From assembly GCA_963812285.1 (NCBI GenBank), contig CAWEUR010000034.1, forward strand, positions 1,139 through 65,138: a stretch of 64,000 nt of DNA. The letters are read 5' to 3'. Source of the DNA: an uncultured Alphaproteobacteria bacterium. Lineage in GTDB: Bacteria; Pseudomonadota; Alphaproteobacteria; Rhizobiales; Kaistiaceae. Of this stretch, positions 20,296 through 30,065 are shown piece by piece. Each line of letters opens with the position of its first letter. Within the stretch, counting starts at the first letter, position 1. Both the position numbers and the translations under genes were made by a program. The notes under the pieces are model-generated. The model worked only from the letters and a program-made list of their open reading frames with translations. It did not search any database and had not been told where the DNA came from.

Positions 20296-21351
20296 CTAGC
20301 GGAAGGAGGCGTTGATCCCGTCGATGGCCGCGCTTCCCGGGCACAGCTCCTCGGTGCCGAGCGCGTTCAGTGGCTGGTCGACCACGTTGAGCCGGTCGCT
20401 GAGGTCGCCGGAGCTCTCGTCGATATAAAGCAGCCCCGTGACGATCTCGCCCCTGGCATGGCCGTTCTGGACGTAGGTCATCGCGGCGAGGCGGTCGGTC
20501 GGGTCATAATCGTCGGCGAGCTTGCGCAGGCGCAGCACCGTCCCGTCGTGCTGGGTCACCTCGCGCACCGTGCCGGGCTCGTAGTCGGTCGTGATCTCCT
20601 CGCGCCCGGTGATGAAGTCGAGGGCGTTCACCGCGTCATTGTGGGCGCGCACATAGTCGAAGCTCTTGGTCGAGCCGGGATGGTTGTTGAAGGCGACGCA
20701 GGGGCTGATCACGTCGATGAAGGCCGGACCGCGATGGCGGATGGCGGCCTCGATCAGCGGCACGAGCTGGTGCTTGTCGCCGGAAAAGCTGCGGGCGACG
20801 AAGGTCGCACCGACGAGGAGGGCCATCGACACCAGGTCGATCGGCTCGTCCGTGTTGCCGACGCCGCGCTTCGACAGCGAGCCGGCATCGGCCGTCGCCG
20901 AGAACTGGCCCTTGGTCAGGCCGTAGACGCCGTTGTTCTCGACGATATAGACCATGTTGACGCCGCGCCTGAGGCAATGGGCGAACTGACCGATGCCGAT
21001 CGAGGCGGAATCGCCGTCGCCGGAGACCCCGAGATAGACAAGGTCGCGATTGGCGAGATTGGCGCCCGTCGCCACCGACGGCATGCGGCCATGGACGCTG
21101 TTGAAGCCGTGGCTCTGGCCGAGGAAATAGGTCGGCGTCTTCGACGAACAGCCGATACCCGACATCTTGGCGATGCGGTGTGGTGGCAGGTCGAGCTGGA
21201 AGCACGCCTGGATGATCGCGCCCGAGATCGAATCGTGCCCGCACCCGGCGCAAAGCGTCGATACCCGCCCCTCATAGTCGCGATGGGTGAAGCCGAGCTT
21301 GTTGGTCGGCAGCTTCGGATGGTGGAACTTCGGCTTGACGAGATAGGTCAT
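20296..21351 (-). CDS. korB: 2-oxoglutarate:ferredoxin oxidoreductase subunit beta (TPP-binding)
   Basis: MTYLVKPKFHHPKLP start, Cys motif CAGCGHDSI and TPP motif GVSGDGDSASIGIGQF...VENNGVYGLTKGQ. The ORF-track extension to 21942 overlaps korA out of frame and is rejected. Confidence 0.9.
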   Translation of the reverse strand: MTYLVKPKFHHPKLPTNKLGFTHRDYEGRVSTLCAGCGHDSISGAIIQACFQLDLPPHRIAKMSGIGCSSKTPTYFLGQSHGFNSVHGRMPSVATGANLANRDLVYLGVSGDGDSASIGIGQFAHCLRRGVNMVYIVENNGVYGLTKGQFSATADAGSLSKRGVGNTDEPIDLVSMALLVGATFVARSFSGDKHQLVPLIEAAIRHRGPAFIDVISPCVAFNNHPGSTKSFDYVRAHNDAVNALDFITGREEITTDYEPGTVREVTQHDGTVLRLRKLADDYDPTDRLAAMTYVQNGHARGEIVTGLLYIDESSGDLSDRLNVVDQPLNALGTEELCPGSAAIDGINASFR

Positions 21352-21385
21352 GTCCTGCCTGCCAAGGTTTGCCAAGCGCGATGGA

Positions 21386-23242
21386 TCATTCCGCCGCGTC
21401 CTGGCGGGAGACGCCGGAGATGGCGCGCCATTGCTCGGCGATCGCGCCGGTGATGAAGCGCTCGGTGATCGGCGTGCCGTCATAGTGGAGGATCGGCAGC
21501 AGCCGCGCCGGATCGATGGCGCATTCGTTGATGATGAGGGTGCGGAGCTGGGCGTCGCGATTCTGCTCGACGACGAAGACCTGATCATGTTCGAGGATGA
21601 AGGAGACGACGTCCTCGGAGAAGGGGAAGGCGCGCAGCCGCATCGTGTCGAGATGGATGCCCTGGCCGGCGAGCACGTCCAGCGCCTCGTCCATCGCCGG
21701 CGCCGTCGAGCCGTAATAGAGGACGGCGAGCCGCGTCGCCTCCGCCGCGTCGCGGCGGATCGGGGCCGGCACGAGCGTCTTGGCCGTCTCGAACTTGCGC
21801 AGCAGCCGCTGCATGTTGTCGACGTAGTCGGCCCCTTCCTCGCTGTAGCGCGCGAAGCGGTTCTTCGAGGTGCCGCGGGTGAAAAAGGCGCCGCGGGTCG
21901 GATGGGTGCCCGGATAGGTGCGGTAGGGGATGCCGTCGCCATCGACGTCGAGATAGCGGCCGAATTCGCGGCCGGCTTCCAGCTCCTCGGCCGTCAGCAC
22001 CTTGCCGCGGTCGAGCTTGCGCGTGTCGTCCCAGGCCAGCGGCTCGCACAGCCACTCGTTCATGCCGATGTCGAGGTCGAGCATGACGAAGATCGGTGTC
22101 TGCAGCCGGTCGGCGAGGTCGAAGGCCAGCGCCCCGAACTCGAAGCATTCGCGCGGGTCTTCGGGCAGCAGCAGCACATGCTTGGTGTCGCCATGCGAGG
22201 CGTAGGCGGCCAGAAGAATGTCGGATTGCTGGGTGCGGGTCGGCATGCCGGTCGACGGGCCGCCGCGCTGCACGTCGAACAGCACCGCGGGGATCTCGGC
22301 GAAATAGGCGAGCCCGATGAATTCCTGCATCAGCGAGATGCCGGGGCCCGCGGTTGCGGTGAAGGCGCGCGCGCCGTTCCAGGCCGCGCCGATGACGACG
22401 CCGATCGAGGCGAGCTCATCCTCGGCCTGGACGATGGCGAAGCGGTGCTTGCCGGTCTCAGGATCGACACGGAAATGGGTGCAGTGCTTGCCGAAGGCTT
22501 CCGCCAGCGAGGTCGAGGGCGTGATCGGATACCAGGCGCAGACCGTCGCCCCGCCATAGACGGCACCGAGGCCGGCGGCATTGTTGCCCTCGATGAAGAT
22601 CCGGTCGCCGACCGCGTCGGCCTTGCGCACGCCGAGGTCGATCGCCTCGAGCTCCGCGCGGGCATGTTCGCGGCCCATACGGAAGGCGTCGATGTTGGGC
22701 TGGATCAGCTTGGCCTTGCCCTTGAACTGCTCGCCGATCAGCGCCTCGACCACCTCTTCGGAAATGCCGAGGAGCTCGGTCAGGGCGCCGACATAGATGA
22801 TGTTCTTGAAGAGCTGGCGCTGGCGCGGGTCGGTGTAGCGCTCGTTGCAGATGGCGGTCAGCGGCATGCCGATCACCGTCACGTCCTCGCGGAACTTCGA
22901 GGGCGGGATCGGCCGGGTGGAATCGTAGAAGAGATAGCCGCCCGGATCGATTTCCTTGACGTCCTGGTCCCAGGTCTGCGGGTTCATGGCGACCATCAGG
23001 TCGACGCCGCCGCGCCGGCCGATGTGGCCGGCCTCGGACACCCGGACCTCGTACCAGGTCGGCAGGCCCTGGATGTTGGAGGGGAAGATGTTGCGCGAGG
23101 CAACCGGCACCCCCATGCGCAGGATCGAGCGGGCGAACAGCCGGTTGGCGCTGGCCGATCCCGAACCGTTTACATTGGCGAACTTGACGACGAAGTCGTT
23201 GACCCGCGACTTCTGCTCGCCTTCCGGTGTCACGTGTAGCAT
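21386..23242 (-). CDS. korA: 2-oxoglutarate:ferredoxin oxidoreductase subunit alpha (fused alpha/gamma)
   Basis: Start MLHVTPEGEQKSRVNDFVVKFANVNGSGSASAN. Also YPITPSTSLAE and GGPSTGMPTRTQQSD. The start overlaps the stop of the upstream flavoprotein gene by 13 nt. Confidence 0.9.
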   Translation of the reverse strand: MLHVTPEGEQKSRVNDFVVKFANVNGSGSASANRLFARSILRMGVPVASRNIFPSNIQGLPTWYEVRVSEAGHIGRRGGVDLMVAMNPQTWDQDVKEIDPGGYLFYDSTRPIPPSKFREDVTVIGMPLTAICNERYTDPRQRQLFKNIIYVGALTELLGISEEVVEALIGEQFKGKAKLIQPNIDAFRMGREHARAELEAIDLGVRKADAVGDRIFIEGNNAAGLGAVYGGATVCAWYPITPSTSLAEAFGKHCTHFRVDPETGKHRFAIVQAEDELASIGVVIGAAWNGARAFTATAGPGISLMQEFIGLAYFAEIPAVLFDVQRGGPSTGMPTRTQQSDILLAAYASHGDTKHVLLLPEDPRECFEFGALAFDLADRLQTPIFVMLDLDIGMNEWLCEPLAWDDTRKLDRGKVLTAEELEAGREFGRYLDVDGDGIPYRTYPGTHPTRGAFFTRGTSKNRFARYSEEGADYVDNMQRLLRKFETAKTLVPAPIRRDAAEATRLAVLYYGSTAPAMDEALDVLAGQGIHLDTMRLRAFPFSEDVVSFILEHDQVFVVEQNRDAQLRTLIINECAIDPARLLPILHYDGTPITERFITGAIAEQWRAISGVSRQDAAE

Positions 23243-25098
23243 CCGGCCTGTCCTGGCGCGTGGGTCATATCGAGAAGGAATTTGCGCATGTCCCAGGCGC
23301 CCGTCGGGCAGCGCTCGGCGCACAGGCCGCAATGGAGGCAGACGTCCTCGTCCTTGGCCATGATCCGGCCCGTCTTCAGTCCCGCCGAGACGTAGATGTC
23401 CTGGGTCAGGTCCGGCGCCGGGGCCGTCAGGCGGTGCCGCAGGTCGTCTTCCGGGCCGTTCTCGGTGAAGGTGATGCAGTCCATCGGGCAGATGTCGACG
23501 CAGGCATCGCACTCGATGCACAGCGACTCGGAGAAGACCGTCTGGACGTCGCAATTGAGGCAGCGCTGGGTCTCTTCATAGCCAAGCAGCGTGTCGAAGC
23601 CGAGCTCGACCTCCGCCTTGATGTCGGCGAGCGCCAGCTTCTGGTCGCGCAGCGGCACCTTGCGGCGCTGGTCGATCGAGATGGCGTTGTCGTAGCTCCA
23701 CTCGTGGATGCCCATCTTCTGGCTGACCAGCGTCACATGCGGGGCAGGGCGCTCCTTCACGTCCGCCGCCTGGCACAGCTTGTCGATCGAGATCGCTGCC
23801 TCGTGGCCATGGGCGACGGCCCAGATGATGTTCTTCGGCCCGAAGGCGGAATCGCCGCCGAAGAAGACCCGTTCGTGGGTCGACTGATAGGTCACCGGAT
23901 CGACCACCGGCATGCCCCACTTGTCGAAGTTGAGGCCGATGTCGCGCTCGATCCAGGGGAAGGCGTTCTCCTGACCGATCGCCACCAGCACGTCGTCGCA
24001 TTCAACGTGGAAATCCGGCTCGCCCGTCGGCACCAGCCGGCGGCGGCCATTGTCGTCATATTGCGCGGTGACCTTCTCGAAGATAACGCCGGTCAGCTTG
24101 CCGTTGTCGTGGGTGAATTCCTTGGGCACGAGGAAATTGAGGATCGGGATCCCCTCGTGCATGGCGTCTTCCTTCTCCCAGGGAGACGCCTTCATCTCGT
24201 CGAAGCCGGAGCGGACGATCACCTTGACGTCCTCGCCGCCGAGGCGGCGCGAGGTGCGGCAGCAATCCATCGCCGTGTTGCCGCCGCCGAGGACGACGAC
24301 GCGGCGGCCGATCCTGTCGATATGGCCGAAGGAGACGTTCGAGAGCCAGTCGATGCCGATATGGATATGCGCCGAAGCCTCGGCCCTGCCAGGAATGTCG
24401 AGGTCGCGCCCGCGGGGGGCGCCCGTGCCGACGAACACGGCGTCGAAGCCCTCGTCGAGCACCGCCTTGAGGCTGTCGACCTGGGTTCCGTAGCGGGTCT
24501 CGATGCCGCCCATGCCGGTGATGTAGCCGACTTCCTCGTCGATCACCGATTCAGGCAGGCGGAAGCGCGGGATCTGGCTGCGAATCATGCCGCCGCCGCG
24601 CTTTTCCGAATCGTAGAGGACGAGGTCGTAGCCGAGCGGCGCCAGGTCGCGCGCCACCGTCAGCGAGGCCGGACCGGCGCCGATCAGCGCGATGCGCTTG
24701 CCGTTGCGGGCGTCCGGTGCTTTGGGCAGGCGACCCGAAATATCGTCCTTGTTATCCGCCGCGACCCGCTTCAGACGGCAGATCGCCACCGGCTGCTCTT
24801 CGACCCGGCCACGCCGGCAGGCGGGCTCGCACGGCCGGTCGCAGGTCCGCCCGAGGATGCCGGGAAAGACGTTGGAGTACCAGTTGACCATATAGGCGTC
24901 GCTGTAGCGGCCCGCTGCGATCAACCGTATATATTCCGGCACCGGCGTATGCGCCGGGCAGGCCCACTGGCAGTCGACAACCTTATGGAAATAGTCCGGA
25001 TTGCCGATATCTGTCGGGGGCATTCCCTGCCCCGCGGCACGTTGCCCGGCTGGGCTCAGACTGGAGCCCTCGCTCGAGACTTCCTGGATAGTGCTCAC
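23230..25098 (-). CDS. Glutamate synthase small-subunit-like NAD(P)H flavoprotein fused to a 2x[4Fe-4S] ferredoxin domain
   Basis: N-terminal Fe-S Cys region (CQWACPAHTPVPEYI, CDRPCEPAC), two dinucleotide folds (IALIGAGPASL, VVVLGGGNTAMDC) and C-terminal CIECDACVDICP plus CLHCGLCAERCP. GTG 25098 follows GAGGCAACAGA; ATG near 25023 is an alternative start. Confidence 0.8.
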   Translation of the reverse strand: MSTIQEVSSEGSSLSPAGQRAAGQGMPPTDIGNPDYFHKVVDCQWACPAHTPVPEYIRLIAAGRYSDAYMVNWYSNVFPGILGRTCDRPCEPACRRGRVEEQPVAICRLKRVAADNKDDISGRLPKAPDARNGKRIALIGAGPASLTVARDLAPLGYDLVLYDSEKRGGGMIRSQIPRFRLPESVIDEEVGYITGMGGIETRYGTQVDSLKAVLDEGFDAVFVGTGAPRGRDLDIPGRAEASAHIHIGIDWLSNVSFGHIDRIGRRVVVLGGGNTAMDCCRTSRRLGGEDVKVIVRSGFDEMKASPWEKEDAMHEGIPILNFLVPKEFTHDNGKLTGVIFEKVTAQYDDNGRRRLVPTGEPDFHVECDDVLVAIGQENAFPWIERDIGLNFDKWGMPVVDPVTYQSTHERVFFGGDSAFGPKNIIWAVAHGHEAAISIDKLCQAADVKERPAPHVTLVSQKMGIHEWSYDNAISIDQRRKVPLRDQKLALADIKAEVELGFDTLLGYEETQRCLNCDVQTVFSESLCIECDACVDICPMDCITFTENGPEDDLRHRLTAPAPDLTQDIYVSAGLKTGRIMAKDEDVCLHCGLCAERCPTGAWDMRKFLLDMTHAPGQAGCYT

Positions 25099-25417
25099 TC
25101 TGTTGCCTCTATCGGGCACTTGGGCAGTTTCCCCACCCGCACTGTTGCAAACTAGACGCTGCAAATAAAGGGCGGAATTATGAATTCGAGGTGAGGATTC
25201 CGACACCAAACCGTCTTTTCTTCGCCCAGATGCCACACGGCAATCGCCAAAGTGCGCCGCCACATGCAATCACTAGGTGAAAACTGCCTTCTAGCGCGCA
25301 TTCCAGGTCGTCCGACCGCGCGATTGAAACAAATGGTGCCGTGATTTCTTCGCGACGGAGATTCTTTGACGCTACGTTATAGTAGACGTTGCGTCGCACC
25401 ATACCTTTGGCCATCCC

Positions 25418-26611
25418 ATGTCGCTCGCCAAGCAGATTGTCTTTTCGCTCCTCGTCGTCGTGCTCGTCGTGGGCGGTTGGTACGCATATCAGCACCGCGC
25501 ATTGTTTTTCGGCGGTTCGGCTGCCGAGCAGGCGGCCGCCGGCGGAGGCGGTCACGCCGGCGCCAGGGGAGGCCGGGGGCGCGGCGGCGCCATTCCGGTC
25601 GTCGCCGGCGCCGTCGACATCGATGCCACCGGCGACGAGCTGACCGCCATCGGCACCCTGACCGCCGCCCGCGAGGTACAGATCTTCCCGCAGGTCACCG
25701 GCATCGTCACCGCGGTCGATTTCACCCCCGGCAGCCATGTCGAGGCCGGCCAGACCCTCATCCGCCTCGATGACGGCGACCAGAAGGTGGCGGTCGATCG
25801 CGCCAAGATCGCCCTCGACGATGCCAATGCCGCCCTTGCCCGTTCGCAGAAGCTCGCCCAGTCGAGCAATATCTCCGCCGTTGCCCTCAATGCCGCCAAG
25901 ACCGCCGCCGCCAAAGCCCAGATCGATCTGCGCAGCGCCGAGCTCGATCTTGCCAAGCGCACGCTGAAGGCGCCCTTTGCCGGCACCGCGGGTCTCACCG
26001 ACATCTCGGCCGGCGATCTGGTCACCACCTCCAAGCTGATCGTCACCCTCGACGACGTCTCCACCCTGACCGTCGAGTTCCAGACCCCCGAGCGCTTCAC
26101 CGACAAGGTCCGGATCGGCACGCTCATCACCGTCACCGCCGACGCGCTTCCCGGGCGCAAGTTCGACGGCAAGATCGTCGCCATCGACAACCGCATCGAG
26201 CAGGCGACGCGGACGCTGAAGATGAAGGCGTCGCTGCCCAACGATGCCGGCGCCCTCAAGCCCGGCATGGCCGTCAATGTCGACCTGACCCTTCCCGGCG
26301 TGCCCCATCCGGCCGTTCCCTCGCTCGCCATCCAGTGGGATCGCCAGGGCTCCTATGTCTGGAAGCTCGACAAGGGCACGGTTAGCCGCGTCGGCGTCAC
26401 CATCCTCACCCGTCACGGCCAGTCTGTTGTGGTGCTGGCTGATCTGAAGAAATCCGATCAGGTCATCACCGAAGGCGTTCAGAGCCTCAGGCCGGGTGCC
26501 AAGGTCACCCGCGTCGACGAAGAAGTGGCAACCGACGGCGCCGGCGCCACGGCCAAGCCACCAGCCGGCAAGCCACCGGCCGGTAAGCCGTCGGGAGGGG
26601 GATCGTCGTGA
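25418..26611 (+). CDS. Efflux RND transporter periplasmic adaptor subunit (membrane fusion protein)
   Basis: N-terminal TM segment, lipoyl/hairpin/beta-barrel layout (IFPQVTGIVTAVDF..., LKAPFAGTAGL, LKPGMAVNVDL). The stop overlaps the RND start (GTGA). Confidence 0.88.
   Translation: MSLAKQIVFSLLVVVLVVGGWYAYQHRALFFGGSAAEQAAAGGGGHAGARGGRGRGGAIPVVAGAVDIDATGDELTAIGTLTAAREVQIFPQVTGIVTAVDFTPGSHVEAGQTLIRLDDGDQKVAVDRAKIALDDANAALARSQKLAQSSNISAVALNAAKTAAAKAQIDLRSAELDLAKRTLKAPFAGTAGLTDISAGDLVTTSKLIVTLDDVSTLTVEFQTPERFTDKVRIGTLITVTADALPGRKFDGKIVAIDNRIEQATRTLKMKASLPNDAGALKPGMAVNVDLTLPGVPHPAVPSLAIQWDRQGSYVWKLDKGTVSRVGVTILTRHGQSVVVLADLKKSDQVITEGVQSLRPGAKVTRVDEEVATDGAGATAKPPAGKPPAGKPSGGGSS
26555..26590 (+). 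repeat. Short in-frame tandem repeat at the 3' end of the adaptor gene
   Basis: 15-nt unit AAGCCACCRGCCGGY occurs twice plus a partial third copy, encoding KPPAGKPPAGKP. Confidence 0.6.
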
Positions 26612-29600
26612 ACTCGATCTCCCGTACGCCTCCGCATTCGAGCGGCTCGCAATCGGGTGGTGTCCAAGAGAGCCGCGCCTCGCTCGGCGGCATCGCCGCG
26701 CTGTGCGTGCGCCGGCCGGTCCTGGCGGTCGTCCTCAATATCTTGATTATCGTCGCCGGCATGGCCGCCTTCGGCGGCGTCGAGGTCCGCGAGCTGCCGA
26801 ACATCGACCAGCCGGTGATCAGCATTCGCACCAACTACAAGGGCGCGACGCCCGAGACCATCGACAAGGAAGTCACCAGTGTCGTCGAGGGCGCGGTGGC
26901 GCGCACGCCGGGCATCACGGCCATTTCCTCGACCAGCCAGGTCGGCCAGAGTCGGGTGACGGTCGAGTTCGATCCGAAGATCGACCTCAACGCCGCCGCC
27001 AGCGATCTGCGCAGCGCCGTCGGCAATGCCCAGCGCAACCTTCCCGACAACGCTGATCAGCCGACTGTCGTCAAGGCCGACGCCAATTCCGACCCGATCA
27101 TGCGTCTGGCGGTTACCTCCGACACGATGTCGATCGACAAGCTGTCCTATCTTGTCGACAACACCATCACCGACCGCCTGTCCGCGGTCGAGGGCGTCGC
27201 CGATATCCAGGTCTATGGCGATCGCGTACCGATCGTTCGGGTGATGATCAACCCGGCCAAGATGGCCGCGCGCAACCTTTCGCTGACGGACCTCGAAGCG
27301 GCGGTCGGATCGGCCGCCATCGATACGCCGGCGGGCAATATCAGCGACGGAGATACCTCGCTCTTCGTACGCGCCGACGCCAGCGTCGGCTCGCCTGAGA
27401 AGATCGCCAACATTCAGATCAACGCCAATACGCGGATCGGCGACGTCGCCGATGTCGTCTACGGGCCGGCGGAGAAGACCTCGGGTCTCAGGGTCAACGG
27501 TCACACCGGCGTCGGCATGGGCGTCATCCGCCAGGCGCAGTCAAACACGCTCGACGTGTCGAAGGGCGTTCATGCCGCGGTCGACGAGCTCAATGCCTCG
27601 CTGCCCAAGGGCGTTCATGTCGTTGTCACCTCCGACGACGCGGAGTTCATCAGCGGCGCCATCCGTGAGGTCGTCATCACCCTCGGCCTCTCGACGCTGA
27701 TCGTCATCGGCATCATCTTCATCTTCCTGCGCTCCGTGCGCATTACCTTCATTCCCGCCGCGACCGTACCGATCGCCCTGATGGGCACCATCGCCGCGAT
27801 CTGGCTCGCCGGCTTCTCGATCAACATCCTCAGCCTTCTCGCCCTGGTGCTGGCGACGGGCCTGGTAGTCGACGACGCCATTGTCGTCATCGAGAACATT
27901 GCCCGCCGCCGCGCCGTCGACAATCTCGGCCCGCGCGCCGCCGCCGTACTCGGCACGCGTCAGGTTTTCATGCCGGTGCTGGCGACCACGGCGACCCTTG
28001 TCGCCGTGTTCATTCCGATCTCCTTTTTCCCCGGCACCGTCGGGCGCCTCTTCTCGGAATTCGGCTGGGTGCTCGCCTTCTCGGTGCTGCTGTCGTGTTT
28101 CGTCGCGCTGACGCTGGCGCCGATGCTCGCCTCGCGCTGGATCGGCTCCTATGCCGAGGCCGAGGGCGAGCACACGATCCACCACAACCGCCTCCATCGC
28201 GCCCTCAGCGCGGTTGGCTCGCGAGTCATCCGGATCTACACGCGCCTGCTCGACGCCGCGCTGGCCGCGCCGGCCATCGTCCTCACCGCGGCTGTGCTCT
28301 TCGCTGCCGGCGCAGTGCTGCTCTACACCACGCTGCCGGTCGAGCTGACGCCGCAGGAGGACCGCGGTGTCGTACCGATCTCGGTCAGCACGCCGCAAGG
28401 CGTTTCGGTCGACTATACCGACGCCAAGATGCGCCTGATCGAGCAGACGGCCCTGCCGTTCGTCCAGGACGGCGAAGCGAACAACATGTTCTCGATCTCC
28501 GGCTTTGGCGGCGGCAATCGCGGCTTCATCATCCTCACCCTGAAGCCCTGGGACCAGCGCCTGCGCAGCCAGCAGCAGATCGCCGCCGACCTCAATCGGC
28601 GCCTGCAGACGATTCCCGGCGTTCAGGTCTTCGTGCGGTCGTCCAACAGTCTCGGCATCCGCGGTGGCGGCCAGGGTCTGCAATTCGCCATCACCGGCAC
28701 GAACTACGCCGATCTTGCCGATGCGGCGCAGAAATTCACCGCGGCGATGCAGCAAAACTATCCGACCTTCACGGCCGCGCGGCTGTCCTACGACACCACC
28801 CAGCCGCAGGTGTCGGTCAAGATCGACCGCGCCCGCGCCAGCGATCTCGGCATTCCGCTGTCCTCGATCTCCAACGCGGTCGCAACCCTGCTCAATGGCG
28901 ACAAGGTCGGCACCTATTATCAGAACGATCAGTCGATCGACGTCTACGTCATGGCACCCGACGGGCTGATCCAGAACCCGAACGATCTCAACAACATCCA
29001 GATCAAGACCGGCAGCGGAGCGGTCGTGCCGTTGTCCTCGGTCGTCTCCTTCCAGGAGAACGCCGTGGCGCCGGAGCTCGGCCGCGAGGACCAGCGCCGC
29101 GCCGTGCCGATCATCGCCTCGCTCGCCCAGGGCTTCGACCTGCGTCACGCCATGAACGACGTGACGGCGCTTGCCGCCAAGACGCTGCCGCCGGGCATGA
29201 ACATCAAGTTCCTCGGCGAGGCGGCGAAGCTGAACGAGACCTCCGGCGGTGTCATCACCACCTTCGTCTTCGCCATCGTCGTCGTCCTGCTTGTGCTCGC
29301 GGCCCAGTTCGAGAGTTTCATCAGCGCCACGATCCTGCTCTTCACCGTGCCCTTCGGCCTTGCCGCGGCGGTCTATGCGATCTTCCTCAGCGGCGGCTCG
29401 CTCAACATCTATTCCGAGATCGGCCTCATCATGCTGGTCGGCCTCATGGCCAAGAACGGCATCCTGATCGTCGAGTTCGCCAACCAGCTCCGTGACGACG
29501 GCCAGGAGGTGGGAGACGCGATCCGCAACGCCGCACTGGTCCGCCTGCGCCCGGTCGTCATGACTATGCTCGCGACCGTCTTCGGCGGCCTGCCGCTGAT

Positions 29601-29850
29601 CCTGCGCGGCGGTCCGGGCGCCGAGGCGCGTCAGGCCCTCGGCTGGATCGTCGTCGGCGGTCTCGGCTTCTCGACCATTACGACCCTGTTCCTGACCCCG
29701 GTCGCTTACAGCCTGCTCGCCCGCTTCGCCAAGCCGCGCGTCGCCGAGCAGCAGCGGCTGGAGCGCGAGCTTGCCGAGGCAAGCGGCGCCGTAGTTCACG
29801 ATGCACCCTCGGCGGCCGAGGCCGGCGAACTCCCGGCCGCGGCCGAATAG
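26608..29850 (+). CDS. Efflux RND transporter permease (AcrB/AcrD/AcrF family, HAE-1 type)
   Basis: 1080-aa intact ORF. TM4 motif GLVVDDAIVVIENI carries the Asp-Asp proton relay of drug/hydrophobe pumps, not the DFGxxxDGA of heavy-metal pumps. No outer-membrane factor gene is adjacent. Confidence 0.92.
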   Translation: MNSISRTPPHSSGSQSGGVQESRASLGGIAALCVRRPVLAVVLNILIIVAGMAAFGGVEVRELPNIDQPVISIRTNYKGATPETIDKEVTSVVEGAVARTPGITAISSTSQVGQSRVTVEFDPKIDLNAAASDLRSAVGNAQRNLPDNADQPTVVKADANSDPIMRLAVTSDTMSIDKLSYLVDNTITDRLSAVEGVADIQVYGDRVPIVRVMINPAKMAARNLSLTDLEAAVGSAAIDTPAGNISDGDTSLFVRADASVGSPEKIANIQINANTRIGDVADVVYGPAEKTSGLRVNGHTGVGMGVIRQAQSNTLDVSKGVHAAVDELNASLPKGVHVVVTSDDAEFISGAIREVVITLGLSTLIVIGIIFIFLRSVRITFIPAATVPIALMGTIAAIWLAGFSINILSLLALVLATGLVVDDAIVVIENIARRRAVDNLGPRAAAVLGTRQVFMPVLATTATLVAVFIPISFFPGTVGRLFSEFGWVLAFSVLLSCFVALTLAPMLASRWIGSYAEAEGEHTIHHNRLHRALSAVGSRVIRIYTRLLDAALAAPAIVLTAAVLFAAGAVLLYTTLPVELTPQEDRGVVPISVSTPQGVSVDYTDAKMRLIEQTALPFVQDGEANNMFSISGFGGGNRGFIILTLKPWDQRLRSQQQIAADLNRRLQTIPGVQVFVRSSNSLGIRGGGQGLQFAITGTNYADLADAAQKFTAAMQQNYPTFTAARLSYDTTQPQVSVKIDRARASDLGIPLSSISNAVATLLNGDKVGTYYQNDQSIDVYVMAPDGLIQNPNDLNNIQIKTGSGAVVPLSSVVSFQENAVAPELGREDQRRAVPIIASLAQGFDLRHAMNDVTALAAKTLPPGMNIKFLGEAAKLNETSGGVITTFVFAIVVVLLVLAAQFESFISATILLFTVPFGLAAAVYAIFLSGGSLNIYSEIGLIMLVGLMAKNGILIVEFANQLRDDGQEVGDAIRNAALVRLRPVVMTMLATVFGGLPLILRGGPGAEARQALGWIVVGGLGFSTITTLFLTPVAYSLLARFAKPRVAEQQRLERELAEASGAVVHDAPSAAEAGELPAAAE

Positions 29851-30065
29851 CCCGGACGATCGATCCCATGCGTACTTCTGCGCTCCTCTGGAAACACGGC
29901 TCTGACGGCCCCGGCTCCGCCGCTCTGGCGGCCGATGGTTGTGCAGGGACCGCGGCGGTCGGCTATTCTCGTCTTCCGGGCGCGGGCTCGGCCGCGCGGT
30001 TGCGGCCACTGCCCGGCGGAAGAGCGGACGCCGCCGCTGACAAGGGGCGCTCCGGGAGAGATCGT

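Noticed and set aside
20296-21942. 548-aa version of korB from the ORF track
   Set aside because: The first roughly 200 codons overlap korA out of frame and are Arg/Ser/Pro-rich. The family-typical sequence begins at MTYLVKPKF (21351).
29868-30065. N-terminal extension of the ECF sigma ORF
   Set aside because: ECF sigma factors are about 170-200 aa. The extension is Ala/Gly/Arg-rich with no RBS, whereas TTG 30066 has a GGGAGAG Shine-Dalgarno sequence.
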